A stretch of 64,000 nt of DNA from assembly GCA_964016885.1 (NCBI GenBank), contig OZ024740.1, forward strand, positions 405,542,001-405,606,000, given 5' to 3'. The position numbers and the translations under genes are program-made. Shown in pieces: positions 1 to 11,863 of the stretch (the stretch's first letter is position 1; each line of letters opens with the position of its first letter). The notes under the pieces are model-generated. The model saw only the letters and a program-made list of their open reading frames with translations, ran no database searches and had not been told where the DNA came from. The stretch is from Eledone cirrhosa. Lineage: Eukaryota.

Positions 1-662
1 GCCAGCCACACCAATGTCGCTGCGGTTCCACCGTGGACTCTTTCGGCCTCCACCCGCTTTCCTGTCTCCACAGTGCCGGCCACATTCCACGCCATGCTGC
101 CCTCAACGAGGTCATTAAGCATGGCTTGGACGCTGCAGGCTTCCCTTCCTAGCTCGAGCCGGTGGGGCTGGATCGAGGGGACGGCAAAAGGTCAGATGAC
201 ATGACCATCTTCCCGTTCCGTGGTGGCAAACCCCTCGTCTGGGATGCCACTTGCACCGACACTTTCTGCAGCCGCAACCTGGTGCAGTCTGCGACTGACC
301 CAGGTTCTGCTGCACGTCGGGCTGAGGGGGCCAAACTCCTCAAACACCGGTTGCTCTCCGACAGGTTTGCGGTCGTTCCCCTGGCAGTGGAAACTTCTGG
401 TGTCCTCGGCCCCAGGGCTACCTCCTTACTCACCACCATAGGCGCTGAGCTGGCCAGCCACAGGTGTGAGCCCCGCGAGTTGGAGTGGCTTTTCCAGCGC
501 GTCTCCCTTGCCGTCCTCTGGGGAAACGCCTTCTCCATTCTGTCCGCCGGGGCTGTGGGTGGGCCCCATCACATACCAATACATTAGTTAAATACCATTC
601 TTTCATCTGATACAACACAATAAAGACTAAAGTGTTTAAGAAAAAAAAAAAAAAAAAAAAAA
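1..662 (+). mobile_element. 3' end of a CRE-like non-LTR retrotransposon (restriction-like endonuclease C-terminus) with poly(A) tail
   Basis: ORF 162-587 has GLDRGDGKRSD..T..P...GK.LVWDATCTDT and RELEWLFQRVSLAV..GNA, typical of the RLE C-terminus of CRE-type elements. AATAAA at 619-624, A-run at 641-662. Confidence 0.75.
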
Positions 663-699
663 GACTGAAAGATGTAGTTGAACTTTTTATTATAAATAT

Positions 700-1030
700 A
701 TTAAAAATATAAAAAAAAAAAATGTCTAAACTGTGTATAATAATATAAATTCATTGAATAAAACTCATAAAGGAAAAGAAAAAAAGAAAAAAAAAGGGGG
801 AGGGGGGGGGGGGGGGGGGCAATTCACCGCCAAGTGCGACAATCAGCTGCACCTCACATCTTAGGGGTTAACTGTACACTTTCAGGCAAGTCAACACACT
901 TGCAGCATTACCACGAGTGATGGTGAGGATAAGGCGCTGAAATAACCAGGCATCCTCACGGGCATCACATGACACCTCAGTAAGGTGAGCCGCCAGTGAT
1001 GACAAGAACTTTGTTGTCAGCGGTCCACTA
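700..1030 (-). mobile_element. Second CRE-like 3' fragment, tail-to-tail with the first
   Basis: Reverse complement of ~880-990 translates as AHLTEVSCDAREDAWLFQRLILTITRGNAASVLTCLK, homologous to the C-terminus of ORF 162-587; followed by a C-run and T-rich 3' UTR. Confidence 0.65.
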
Positions 1031-1460
1031 ATCTCAGCACAAGGCACGTGATTTGTGAAAGGAGAGGAAAGTCAATTATATCACACTCATGCCTTGACCC
1101 ATACTTTAATTTTATCAACCTCAGAAGGATAAAAGGCAAAGTTGACTTCAACAGAACTCATAATTTAAAGAGCCAGAACAAACTCAGCATTTATCTGACA
1201 CTTTAATGACTCTACCCTTATTGTTGTTATTAGCTACTTGTGAATAAATCTGTTTTTCTTTTCCAGTTACTTAATCTATATTAAAATAAGAGTGTTGTCT
1301 GTCTGTCTGTCCGTCAGGCTCACTTTATATAGTGAGGGGCAGCACCAAGCGAGAGATATATACATAGATAGAGAGAGAACAGGGAATGTCATGTGTTCTT
1401 GAGGTAGATAGACAGAAAGTTATGACGTCGCCCCCATCTAAATAGAAAGAGGGGGGGGGC

Positions 1461-1597
1461 AAATCCTGCTGAGGTCAACTTTGCCTTTCATCCTTCCAGG
1501 GTTGATAAAATAAAGTACCAGTTAAGTACTAACATTGTTGTAATTAACTTTCTCTTTTCCACAAATTGTTGGCATTGTGCCTAAATTAGAAACCATA
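1461..1597 (+). mobile_element. tRNA-SINE family A, partial copy (another diverged minus copy at ~1040-1215)
   Basis: Shares aactttgcctttcatcc...gataaaataaagtaccag...ttgtgcctaaa..agaaac with the full copies. Confidence 0.7.
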
Positions 1598-1599
1598 TA

Positions 1600-4500
1600 T
1601 TTAAGGAACACAAGACTTTCTCTAAAGCCTCTGATAAAGCTAGGCGTGAAAGTCGGATTGCTTTCCGAACACGTCATGGTCTTCCACCTGATGTCCGCCC
1701 AAAGTTGCGTGCTGCAGCTTCCTTAAACCGCAGCTCGGCAGAACATGAAAGCTTCAGCCTACATGATGATGGGCAGATATGGAAGTTTGTTAAGGCTGGT
1801 GAAACATGGAAAAGAGATACCAGCTGGTCTGAAAACACTGTACCCACAACAACTGACAATAAAAAAACTGAAAAAACTCTGGGAAACTAAATCAAAACAA
1901 CCTGCCATCCCCTGCACATAATCATATACTGGAATCAAGGTACAAATTGTTATCCTTGAATACACGTAGTCTATGCAATAAGATTCATCGATTTTGACTC
2001 CTACATCAAAAGTATCAACCCTGACTTCATTTCAGTCACGGAAACTTGGGCACATCCCTTACTCTGTGATGGGGTTTTCAGCATAACTGGCTACAACCTG
2101 TTTCGTAAAGACCGCATTAATCGTGGTGGTGGTGGTGTAATGGTCTACGTTTGGTCAAATTTGTCGGCAATTCCTTGTGTTGATTTGAACCAATCACAGC
2201 AGGAAGTTTTTTTCTGTGATGTACGTATGACCATGTCAACACTGCTACTTGGAGTCATTTACCGTCCCCCAAATTACTATCAGGACACTCAACTTTGTGA
2301 TATCCTCAGAGCTGCTGACAGGAAAACAACCACTTATGTTTTTATTGCAGGAGACTTCAATCACCCTGAGATTGACTGGGAAACCTTTCGTTGGCCGCCA
2401 AGTGCAATGACTTCCTTGCGCTAGTGCTGGACTCGAATTGGTCTCAAGTAGTCACCTCCCCAACAAGAGGTGACAACACTTTGGATCTACTCTTCACCAC
2501 TACTCCTGAAACGGTTATTAGTGTTACTGCTGAGGAACCTTTAGGTGACTCTGATCATGCTATGATCATTGCCAATCTATCCCTCATAGGCAGTAACAAG
2601 AACCACAACCATCTCCAAACTGCTCACTTTGACTGGAATAAAGCAGACTGGAACTGTTACTGCACCCAGTTGCAACGTCCAAACTGGCTTGAGTTCTACG
2701 ACTCTGGAGATGTCAACACTGTACTCCAGAACATCCTGAGCTCAATATGGACAGCATGTGCAGCATCGGTGCCACGTAAGTGGAAAAAACATCCCAAAAG
2801 TGCAATTTGGGAGACTACAGTAGTCCGTCTTGCCAGAAAAGAACGTCGCAATGTTGAACATGAGTGCAACCTGCACAAATCAGACATTAATAGAAAAGAG
2901 GCGAAATAGATGGTCCAACCACCTCAAACAGGTGACAAAAAAGGCAGTGCTTCAATTTGAGCAGCGCATAGTTACCAGCCCTGACAGTAAGATGTTCTGG
3001 AAGTATGTTCACTCAAAGCAGAGGCCTCACTCTCCAGTTGGTCCTCTTCACAATCCCCACACAAGCCAGATTACTGATGACCCCAAGGAATGTGCAGAAC
3101 TCATTGCTGAATGCTATGCAGGCATTTTCACTATTGAAGACCAGAGTGTACCGTCTCCACCACCTATGACACCGGATTCTATTACAACCATGGAATTTAC
3201 ACCTGCAATGCTGCGACGTCACCTAAAAAATAAACGCAACCATGCCTCTCCTGGTCTTGATGGTGTTACGTACCTGCTTCTTAAACGCGGTGGGTACTTC
3301 CTTCTGCACCAGCTATCACGCTTCTTCCAATTCTGTCTGAACAACAATGCTACTCCAGAACAGTGGAAAACTGCCAGTGTCATTCCTCTGTTCAAAAGGG
3401 GTGACCGCACATCACCTGTGAACTATCGCCCAGTCAGTCTTACTAGTTGCATTGCCAAACTGATGGAATCCTGTGTCAAAGAAACACTTTGGAACTTCTG
3501 GAACTCTCACAGTCTTATCCGGCCCTCGCAATTTGGATTTATCCCCAACTCCAGCTGCTGTGATCAACTTATTGAGTTTCTTGAAGACATCACCCGGATC
3601 ACTGATGGCGGCTCATGGGTGGATGTTGTTTACCTTGACTTTGTGAAAGCTTTCAATTCTGTGCCACACAAAAGGCTTATGGCAAAACTCTCTGCAATGG
3701 GTGTGAAGGATGATCTTTTTAACTGGTTGAAATCCTTCATTCTCAGTCGAAAGAGGTAGTCACGGTTCTGGGACAGCATTCTTAACCATATGAGATGTCA
3801 TCTGGTGTACCACAGGATCTGTTCTTGGCCCCCTTTTGTTTGTGGCATATATTAATGACATAGATACCAACTTAAAGAATTCCACAGTACTAAAGTACGC
3901 AGATGACATCAAGCTGTACCTTGAGATAAAAAGGACAGATCCTGAACACTATAGATCTTGCTTGCAGTCTGACCTGGACACAATGCAACAATGGATATCA
4001 GACTGGCAACTCAAGCTAGCTGTGGACAAGTGCACCACCAGGCATTTTGGGAGTAAAAAGCCAGCGTCCACATACTCCCTCCACAGCACTAATATCAAGA
4101 AGTCTTCTTGTGAATGTGACCTGGGCATTACGGTCAGCAGCGATTTGCGTTGGACGAAGCACGTCTCTAAAATTGTCAAGAGGGCCGAGAGTGTCTTAGC
4201 ATCACTCAGCAAGACCTTTGTCAGCCGCTCTCCAGCTATCTATTTAAGGCTGTACATGGCTATGGTGAGGCCACACTTAGAATTTGCATCACCAGTCTGG
4301 AACCCCTATCTTGCTCAGAACATTGACCACCTAGAAACTGTTCAGAAACGTGCAACCAAGCGAATACCCTCCATCAGGCATCTACCATACTCTGAATGCC
4401 TTGCTTCCCTGGGGTAAACACCCACAAAATTGTTAACCATCTTGCCAACAACAACCCTGAGTACCTTTTTGATTTCCATGTGTCTAACACATGTGGGCAT

Positions 4501-4820
4501 GTCCACAAAGTCAGAAAACAGCACAGTTCCCATGACTTTCGGAAACATTTTTTCACGCTCAGAGTTGCTGAAGCATGGAACAAACTACCTGCATCAGTTG
4601 TTAGCTGTCGAGACTCTGCATCCTTTAAAACCTCCATGCTTCCTGAGATTCGCCAACACTACACCTAATGCTCCCCCTCCATCCACACATGTATATCATG
4701 ACTCATACACTATTCACTTCTCTGACATTTGTATATTATTCTATGTACTACACATGCACCTTTGATGTGTTGTAGTGCACCTGAGCACTTTACACAATAA
4801 TTTCATTATTATTATTATTA
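1600..4820 (+). mobile_element. CR1/L2-group LINE, frameshifted (APE endonuclease + RT)
   Basis: APE motifs GVIYRPP, GDFNHP, TRGDNTLDL, SDH; RT motifs NYRPVSLTS, QFGF, YLDFVKAF, YADD; C-terminal VRPHLEFASPVWNP and FFTLRVAEAWNKLP; (ATT)n tail at ~4805-4820. Confidence 0.9.
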
Positions 4821-5900
4821 TCTCCCTGAACCTTTGAATCATCTGAAATCTGAGTCTTGCTTTTCTTTCTTTATGTTTCTGCATTGCTCTTTCTTGCCTG
4901 TTATGTGAAAAATGACAGGCTATAAGTTGGTGTTGATTCTTCTTGTATTAACACTGCTGTATTGTTTTAATGCACTAGCAAGGTTATTCGGGACTTGGTT
5001 ATGCAACCAGATCATTCTTCAATGTGTAGCCTCCATACTAATGGCAGTTAGTAGTGTTCATGGTTGAAAGCACATCATACACTGATCTCATCAGAACACA
5101 ATATTCTCTGCAATATGTTCTACAAAACTGTGTCTTTTGCTTAGTTGTTTCCCATGCAGCTCATGCACCTTAGCAACCTAACCCCACTGTATTTCTAACA
5201 TGCCCTCCCCCTACAATCTTTCAATCCCTCTGGCCACAATATTCTGCCTACTCTCATTATTTTGATAGGATTCCTTTTTTGTTGAACTGCTAAGTTATGG
5301 GACATAAATGCAGACACAAAGATAAATACAAGTTTAAACAGACACACACATACATACACATTTATATTTATATAAGATGGGCTTCTGTAGTTTCCATCTA
5401 GCAAATACCTCTCACAAGTCATTGGTCAACTCAGGGTTATATTAGAAGACACTTGCTCAAGGCTACAGCACAGCAGAACTAAATCCAGAGCCACATGGTG
5501 ATGAAGTGAACACTGTAACCACACAGCCATGCTTGCGCTTATGTATCCCCTACCACCCTCACCCCCCAAAAATTAATGATAACAAATATCATAACATCCA
5601 TAACTTTTTACTGTTGCTACTTTTTGCAACTAACACTGAAGAACATTTTTACCAGCAAACCCAATGTTTTGATTTATTCAAATTTCATCTCTCAGATTAA
5701 ATGACGCCATATAAAACCTTAATGTACTGGTGTCATTACCATCCTTTCCTCTACTTTCCCATACAACCAGATCTACCCTTCTTGACACATTCCCCGTTAT
5801 TTCTCATTACTTAATTTTGTTCTTATCTTTCTTTTTCATATCTATGTAATATCACTATTCAGTTTCTTAATATACTTAGAAGTGTCTAGGATACTAATTC

Positions 5901-5978
5901 ATCACCCACTGATGAGCTTGAATTGGTAATTCTATTCACAATTAACATTGCGAAACAACACCAAGTTGTCTGGGTGAT
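5901..5978 (+). ncRNA. Type I hammerhead ribozyme, canonical core
   Basis: Stem I ATCACCCA/TGGGTGAT; CTGATGA 5909-5915; stem II closed by G5916-C5951 and C5917-G5950, with inner AATTG/CAATT; GAAA 5952-5955; stem III ACAAC/GTTGT with loop ACCAA; GUC cleavage after C5970. Confidence 0.85.
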
Positions 5979-6233
5979 TGGTAGTTACCACAATTCCGAT
6001 TCGTATTTATTTTCTTGATTTTTTCTTAAATTGAGACAAGCAAACCCTATTGTCTATAGTTAGTATTCTTTTCACCTTAGCGAATCTGGTCCCTTACGAT
6101 TTGAACACTTATATGTATATGTCTGTGTTCGTTTTTCTTTTATATTCTATTATAATATACGGCTCGGGAATATCTCTTTCTTAGAGCTATTTTGTTGTAA
6201 GAGACTATTTTGAGTTCCTAACTCAATATATAC

Positions 6234-6294
<61 letters not shown>

Positions 6295-6296
<2 letters not shown>

Positions 6297-6490
6297 GAAA
6301 AGAGTCAGGACCCCGACGGCTGAGCTCTGGCCGTTTCAACAGCTAGATCCAAACTTGGATTTAGCTGTCGAAACGGCCGGAGCTCAGCTGTCGGGATTCT
6401 GACTCTTTTCCTATTACCCACTCTACTACCCTAAGTATTGAGTACTCTGGTGCGTTATGGTCCACCTGGTATCCTACCACACCCTCTTTG
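6295..6490. repeat. Palindromic PLE-like terminal module containing the 3' half of an HHR, embedded in (TA)n
   Basis: Imperfect inverted repeat 6295-6412; each arm has GAAACGGC..GC(T/C)GTC (HHR stem III). Related pieces at ~20092-20137 and ~27797-27883. Confidence 0.7.
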
Positions 6491-7348
6491 TTATATATAT
6501 ATATATATATTGGGTCGTCAAGTATGAAATTTGTAGTGGAGCATATGGTCATATGTTTTATTTTACAAAATTTATACTTGACGAGCCAATATATAGCCTT
6601 TTAGTAGTGCTTACTGCTAGAACACACACTCGGGCGGACGAGAACGACAAAACTTGTTGACGAAGTAAACTCCACTGTTCTATCCTCAAAGACCATTAAC
6701 TTGCAGACCCCTGCAAGTTGATTTTGTCGATTTCGGATTTACAGAAACCTAGCAGAGATGTTATATATTGTATGTGATGTATATTATATGGTATATATTA
6801 TGTGTTGTGTATGATATCGACGCGATGGTCCAGGTTAGTCAAAAAATTTTTCCTGAGTTCAGTTTTTTTCGTTGCTATGGTCACTGCGGCCCGTCTATCG
6901 GTCGCTGTATTCGATTTGTAAAGCTGTCTAAGCATAATGTTATAACTCTAGGGTAATATACCCTATTGAGTGCTTAGCTGTACACCGAGACTGCATTCGT
7001 TAGCTTGGCTGCAACCAGAGCTTTGTTGATGATGTACTAAATTTTGTATATATATACATATACATAGTAATAATAATAAATGTGAAGACTAAAATCCAAA
7101 GAGGGCTCGATAAGGATAAATATATATCAAATATATAAGAACCCTAGAGCAAATATTTATTAAAATAACAGATTAAAGTTTAAGCAAAGAATTGTTGCTT
7201 TCACCCTTATAATTCATAAACTTTCTCCTGATAGTAATAGAAAGAAAAGCATCAATATAAAAAGATCTTATGTTATTCTTTTGTTGATTACATCAATGGT
7301 GTTTTAATCAGCTGCATATTAATAGAGATGGGCATGTATGTATTTGTG

Positions 7349-7390
<42 letters not shown>

Positions 7391-7482
7391 CAAAAGGGAT
7401 ATTCAATTTGTTGGTAATTCAACAAATATAAATGTTTATAACTGATTCAAAGCACTCGACAGATTTTCTGGAGTATAATATT

Positions 7483-7791
7483 CAATGATATTAAATAAAT
7501 GGAAACTATATTTATAAAACCATATTTATTTTATTATATATATATTTCAAGGGTACCAAAACTTTGGTATGCTCTCATCAGATAAAATACAAAGTTTGTT
7601 TTATAAATATTGACATAACCAGGAAGAAGAACTTGAACCGTTAAGTCTTCTTCCTGGATATGTCAATATTTATAAAACAAACTTTGTATGTTATCTGATG
7701 AGAGCGTACCAAAGTTTTGGTACCCTTGAAATATATATAAAAGAATAACTATGATTTTATAAATATAGTTTCCATTTATTTAATATCATTG
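7483..7791. repeat. ~310-bp imperfect palindrome carrying two divergent hammerhead motifs
   Basis: caatgatattaaataaatggaaac... (7483) mirrors ...gtttccatttatttaatatcattg (7791); centre near 7637. Confidence 0.9.
7527..7589 (-). ncRNA. Minimal type I hammerhead ribozyme (PLE type)
   Basis: Minus strand reads TATTTTAT-CTGATGA-GAGCATACCA aagttt TGGTACCCTT-GAAA-TATATATA-TA-ATAAAATA. Stem I is 8 bp; stem III is palindromic (AT)n. A mirror copy on + at ~7690-7745 has a weaker stem I. Confidence 0.75.
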
Positions 7792-7809
7792 TATACAATA
7801 TATCACCAC

Positions 7810-8350
7810 ATCATCATCATCAGCTCATCTAACCCATTCAACATCTATTTTTCAAGCTAACATGGGTTAGATGAGTTGTCCCATTGTGAGACAAGTTAGA
7901 TCAGGTTAGAGTGTCTTACTTATACACAACTGTTTCTGGTTTGGTTTCTATGGCTGGATGCCCTTCCTCATGCCAACCACATTTACAGTGTAGATTGGGT
8001 GCTTTTATTGTGGCACCAAAATGACCAACTGACAGGTTGGACTAAGTACTTTGTCATTGTGTCACCAGTACAACCACCTTGCAGGGTAGACTGGATGCTT
8101 TTTGTCATACATGACCCCATTACAGGGTGGACTAGGTACTTATTTGTCATGTCACCAACACAAACATTTTTCAGGATGGACTAGGTGGTTTTTTTCAAGT
8201 CATCAACATAACTAGTTTACAAATCATCATCACATTTAATGTCCATTTTCTCTGTTAGCAAGTGGTGGCCGGGTTGTCACAGACTATGTCAGGGCTTATT
8301 CAGAGTAACTGACAGTCCAGCAATCCACATCTTGTGGCACCAGTACTAGG
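7810..8350 (-). mobile_element. Degraded RTE 3' ends
   Basis: (CAT)n, then catgggttaga, ggctggatgcccttc and acagtgtagattggg motifs shared with younger RTE 3' UTRs. Confidence 0.6.
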
Positions 8351-8470
8351 AAAATTGTCCTGTTTTTGACAATGAAAGATCCTCTAAACCCTCTGTCTGG
8401 CAGTTTTTAAAACAGTTGGGTATATATACATATACATATATATATATTATTTATATTTATATATTTATTA

Positions 8471-11400
8471 TTGAACAAAACACAAGCTGAACGGCTAAAA
8501 CACACAATAACAGTTAATATGAAAAGAACAACATACACAAAAGTCAACGCACTCTACAGACAAAAACGCATCAACGGTAAGGAAATCCGAAATCTCATCA
8601 CAGCAAACGAGAGAGATGACTTCATGAGCGTCATCCGACGCGAAACGAAATATGCTCAAAACGAATGCTGTAGGCATTTCAAGAAGAAATTAGAATGGAT
8701 GAATAAGAAAAAACTACAAGAAAGGAAAATCGAATATTCTCAAAAATACCCAGATAACATCGACAACATCCGTATGAGTGATGTAAAACTACCGGAAGAA
8801 TTTACCAATGACCACACAGTAAATATCTATGGGAACACTTTAATCAGTGAACAAGAACAACAAATCCTAAAGTTACCACCAAAATTTGCCATCTACAAAA
8901 AGATTAACCCTATGGAATGCAAAACGGGGCTGGAAAAGTGTTTCACAAAAATACGTTGGAATGCAAAGGTAAACAACAACAACAATAATAACGGTAGTAG
9001 TAATATAAACAATAACTCTGGGTATAGAAATAACAGCCATAACCATAACAATGGCAGGAAAGTGAGAAATAGTGATAATGGTAATAATACTAGCGATAGA
9101 CAGAACAACAACAACCACAATAATAATAATAATAGAAACGTTAACCACAGACACAGCAACAGTGACCACAGTAGTAATAACGGTAACAATACGAACAACA
9201 ACAACAACAATAACCACAGTGGTAATAATGGAAATAGTACATGTAGCAACATCAACAAAAACAAGAAACATAATAATAGTAACAACCACAATGGTAGAAA
9301 TAGCAGTAACAACAACAACAATAACGGTGAAGTAAACAACAATACATCTAGCAATCATAACAATAATAATATTAATGCTAATGATAGAAACAACAACAAC
9401 CACCATGATAACAATAATAGCAACACACACAACTATGACGATAGAAATAACGACAACCCCTTAGAGAAACTATTTTTCAACCCAGCTGACAAAACATATA
9501 AGATGGGTAATATCTATCCTACGAGGTTACCCTTTAATAAAAGAGTTTGCATACCACAGCAAATAGATGACGAGACGGAGGCACAGTTCACCATAGCTAG
9601 AAATAAGATTAGACAAGTAGTAGACAGGTACACTATGAGACAGAGCAGACCAGAGGCCCAACAACTTGGGATAAAACCTGTAGAAGGCTTGGTTAGCCTC
9701 AAGCAGCGCACAAGGGATGGTGAGGTAGTGTGCCTACCCACAGATAAGTCTGGTAGGATGTCAATAGATAGCATGCCGAACTACATCGAGGCAATGCAAC
9801 CCCACATCACCAACACGAGCGAAGTTGCACAACTAACACACGATGGGAGAGAAAAAATCCTCAACGCTCACATGATGATGTGGACTGACATCCTAAAGCC
9901 AAGCAGACGCACTGCCAACAACTTCCAGGCGTCTAACAATGGCATACCACCCTTGTATGGGCTCCGCAAAGACCACAAGACAGTCGACGACCCGACAACA
10001 GGACCACCAACAAGACCCGTATGCGGAGCTAATATAGCTAGCAACTACAGGATCTCCTACTTCCTCTCAATGGTTATACGCCCCATAATCAAGATGTCCC
10101 CAGATGTATGTGAAAGTACAGAGGACCTCCTCAGCAGAATCAGTGAGTGCAACAAAAACAGGAGCCTATCCAACTGCATAATAGGCAGCATGGATGTGGT
10201 GTCACTGTACCCATCCATTAACATTGATTTTGCTGTGAAAAGATGTGTGGAGATGATCATTGAGAGTGAGGTGGAGTTCTGCGACGTCGACACAGACGAA
10301 CTGGGCCTCCTACTTAGACTTACCTACGACACTGACTACCTAGACAGCCATGACCTTAGATGTTTCTGCCCTAGTAGACCTATAAGAGGTAGACCCCCCA
10401 CCATAACCTCAATGGCTAAAAAGACTCCCATAGGAAGGTGGATTGGGTGGACCAAAGCTATACGGACCCCCCAAAACACTGATCAGGTAAGAAAAATGGT
10501 CGCACATGCAATAGGGGCTAGTATCAAAACTACCCTAAAGGGCCACATATTTAAGTTCAATGAGAAAATCTACACCCAAAATGAGGGAGCAGCCATCGGC
10601 GTCAGCATAGCTGGTGATGTTGCCAACCTTTTCATGGTATGGTGGGAAAGGAGACTTAAAGATCTCCTTAATGAAAGCTCCATAGACCTCATCATGTACT
10701 CTCGTTATGTAGACGATATCAATATAGTTATAAGAACACCCCCACTAGAGAGCACTAACAAGTTTGATTTAGAACGTAGCACGATGGAAAGCATCCAGCA
10801 GATAGCTAATTCCATACACCAGAGTATAACTGTAACTATAGATTTCCCTTCCAAACACCCTAACAATAGACTACCTGTATTAGACACAGAACTCTGGATT
10901 AACACTATAGACGAGAGAGCCCAAATTCTCCACTCACACTATGCTAAACCCATGGCCTCCAAATACCTGATACTCAAAAACTCAGCAATGTCCAGTAGTG
11001 CTAAGTTTAATATTCTGATCGCAGATTTGGTACGAGTGATGAAGAATGTGTCCAGCATGTGCGACCCAACAGAAATGGAAGGACACATCCAACACTTCAT
11101 CAACCGCATGCAGTTCTCTGGCTACAACCAAAGAGACAGAGTCAGAGTATACGAAGGAGCCATGGAAAAGTATAAGACCCTCATAGAACTGGACATGAAA
11201 GGAATTTGCCCACTATACAGGAGCAAATCATGGAATAGCTTAGATAGGGCTAGACATAAGATAGGGAAGGCCACATCATGGTACGACAACCAGAGATATC
11301 AGAGTGTCATGTTTGTGGACGCCACCCCTGGAGGGAAATTAGCTAACCAGTGTAGAAAGGCCCTGAGAAAGACCCACTTAAAAATAAAGGTGGTAGAAAA

Positions 11401-11863
11401 GCCAGGAACCACCATAAAATCCCTGATCAGCAAAACCTACCCTTTTAAGAAAACCCACTGTACCAATAGGAAATGTATCATATGTAAGGTGAACCCCCGG
11501 ATAAACTGTAAAACTAGAAACGTAGTCTATAGCATAAGATGTACAGAGGGTACTTGCAGAAACACGACAACAACATACATAGGTGAGACAGCTCGTAGCA
11601 TAGGTGAAAGGATAGACCAACACTGGGGGGAACTAAAAGGACGAAAAAACGGGTCAGTACTATACGAACATGCTAGACAACAACATGACGGTAACATAGA
11701 CAACATAGAAATTAGAATAATATCTAAACATAGGAATGACCCAGCAGATAGGCAAATCAGAGAGGCCAGTGAAATAGAAATTAGAAGACCAAAGCTAAAC
11801 AGAAAGAATGAGTGGAACAACAACAACACCCAAACAAACAACACTGACCTAAGAGAAGTATAA
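8471..11863 (+). CDS. Penelope-like element ORF: RT + Cys-rich linker + C-terminal GIY-YIG endonuclease (Neptune-like architecture)
   Basis: PTDKSG, PPLYGLRKDHK, RPV, SMDVVSLYPSI, YTQNEGAAIG, RYVDDI, LPVLD; linker CTNRKCIIC..C; NVVYSIRC...YIGETARSIGERIDQH...REASEI..RPKLN. No stops over 1130 codons; 5' end abuts a TA-rich tract and is probably truncated. Confidence 0.9.
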   Translation: MNKTQAERLKHTITVNMKRTTYTKVNALYRQKRINGKEIRNLITANERDDFMSVIRRETKYAQNECCRHFKKKLEWMNKKKLQERKIEYSQKYPDNIDNIRMSDVKLPEEFTNDHTVNIYGNTLISEQEQQILKLPPKFAIYKKINPMECKTGLEKCFTKIRWNAKVNNNNNNNGSSNINNNSGYRNNSHNHNNGRKVRNSDNGNNTSDRQNNNNHNNNNNRNVNHRHSNSDHSSNNGNNTNNNNNNNHSGNNGNSTCSNINKNKKHNNSNNHNGRNSSNNNNNNGEVNNNTSSNHNNNNINANDRNNNNHHDNNNSNTHNYDDRNNDNPLEKLFFNPADKTYKMGNIYPTRLPFNKRVCIPQQIDDETEAQFTIARNKIRQVVDRYTMRQSRPEAQQLGIKPVEGLVSLKQRTRDGEVVCLPTDKSGRMSIDSMPNYIEAMQPHITNTSEVAQLTHDGREKILNAHMMMWTDILKPSRRTANNFQASNNGIPPLYGLRKDHKTVDDPTTGPPTRPVCGANIASNYRISYFLSMVIRPIIKMSPDVCESTEDLLSRISECNKNRSLSNCIIGSMDVVSLYPSINIDFAVKRCVEMIIESEVEFCDVDTDELGLLLRLTYDTDYLDSHDLRCFCPSRPIRGRPPTITSMAKKTPIGRWIGWTKAIRTPQNTDQVRKMVAHAIGASIKTTLKGHIFKFNEKIYTQNEGAAIGVSIAGDVANLFMVWWERRLKDLLNESSIDLIMYSRYVDDINIVIRTPPLESTNKFDLERSTMESIQQIANSIHQSITVTIDFPSKHPNNRLPVLDTELWINTIDERAQILHSHYAKPMASKYLILKNSAMSSSAKFNILIADLVRVMKNVSSMCDPTEMEGHIQHFINRMQFSGYNQRDRVRVYEGAMEKYKTLIELDMKGICPLYRSKSWNSLDRARHKIGKATSWYDNQRYQSVMFVDATPGGKLANQCRKALRKTHLKIKVVEKPGTTIKSLISKTYPFKKTHCTNRKCIICKVNPRINCKTRNVVYSIRCTEGTCRNTTTTYIGETARSIGERIDQHWGELKGRKNGSVLYEHARQQHDGNIDNIEIRIISKHRNDPADRQIREASEIEIRRPKLNRKNEWNNNNTQTNNTDLREV

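Noticed and set aside
3074-3095. CTGATGA hits inside LINE ORFs (also ~26079 and ~37869)
   Set aside because: No matching GAAA or stem complementarity; explained by coding sequence.
8873-9430. Hydrophobic poly-Leu/Val/Ile ORFs on the minus strand
   Set aside because: Antisense shadows of the poly-Asn tract in the PLE ORF.
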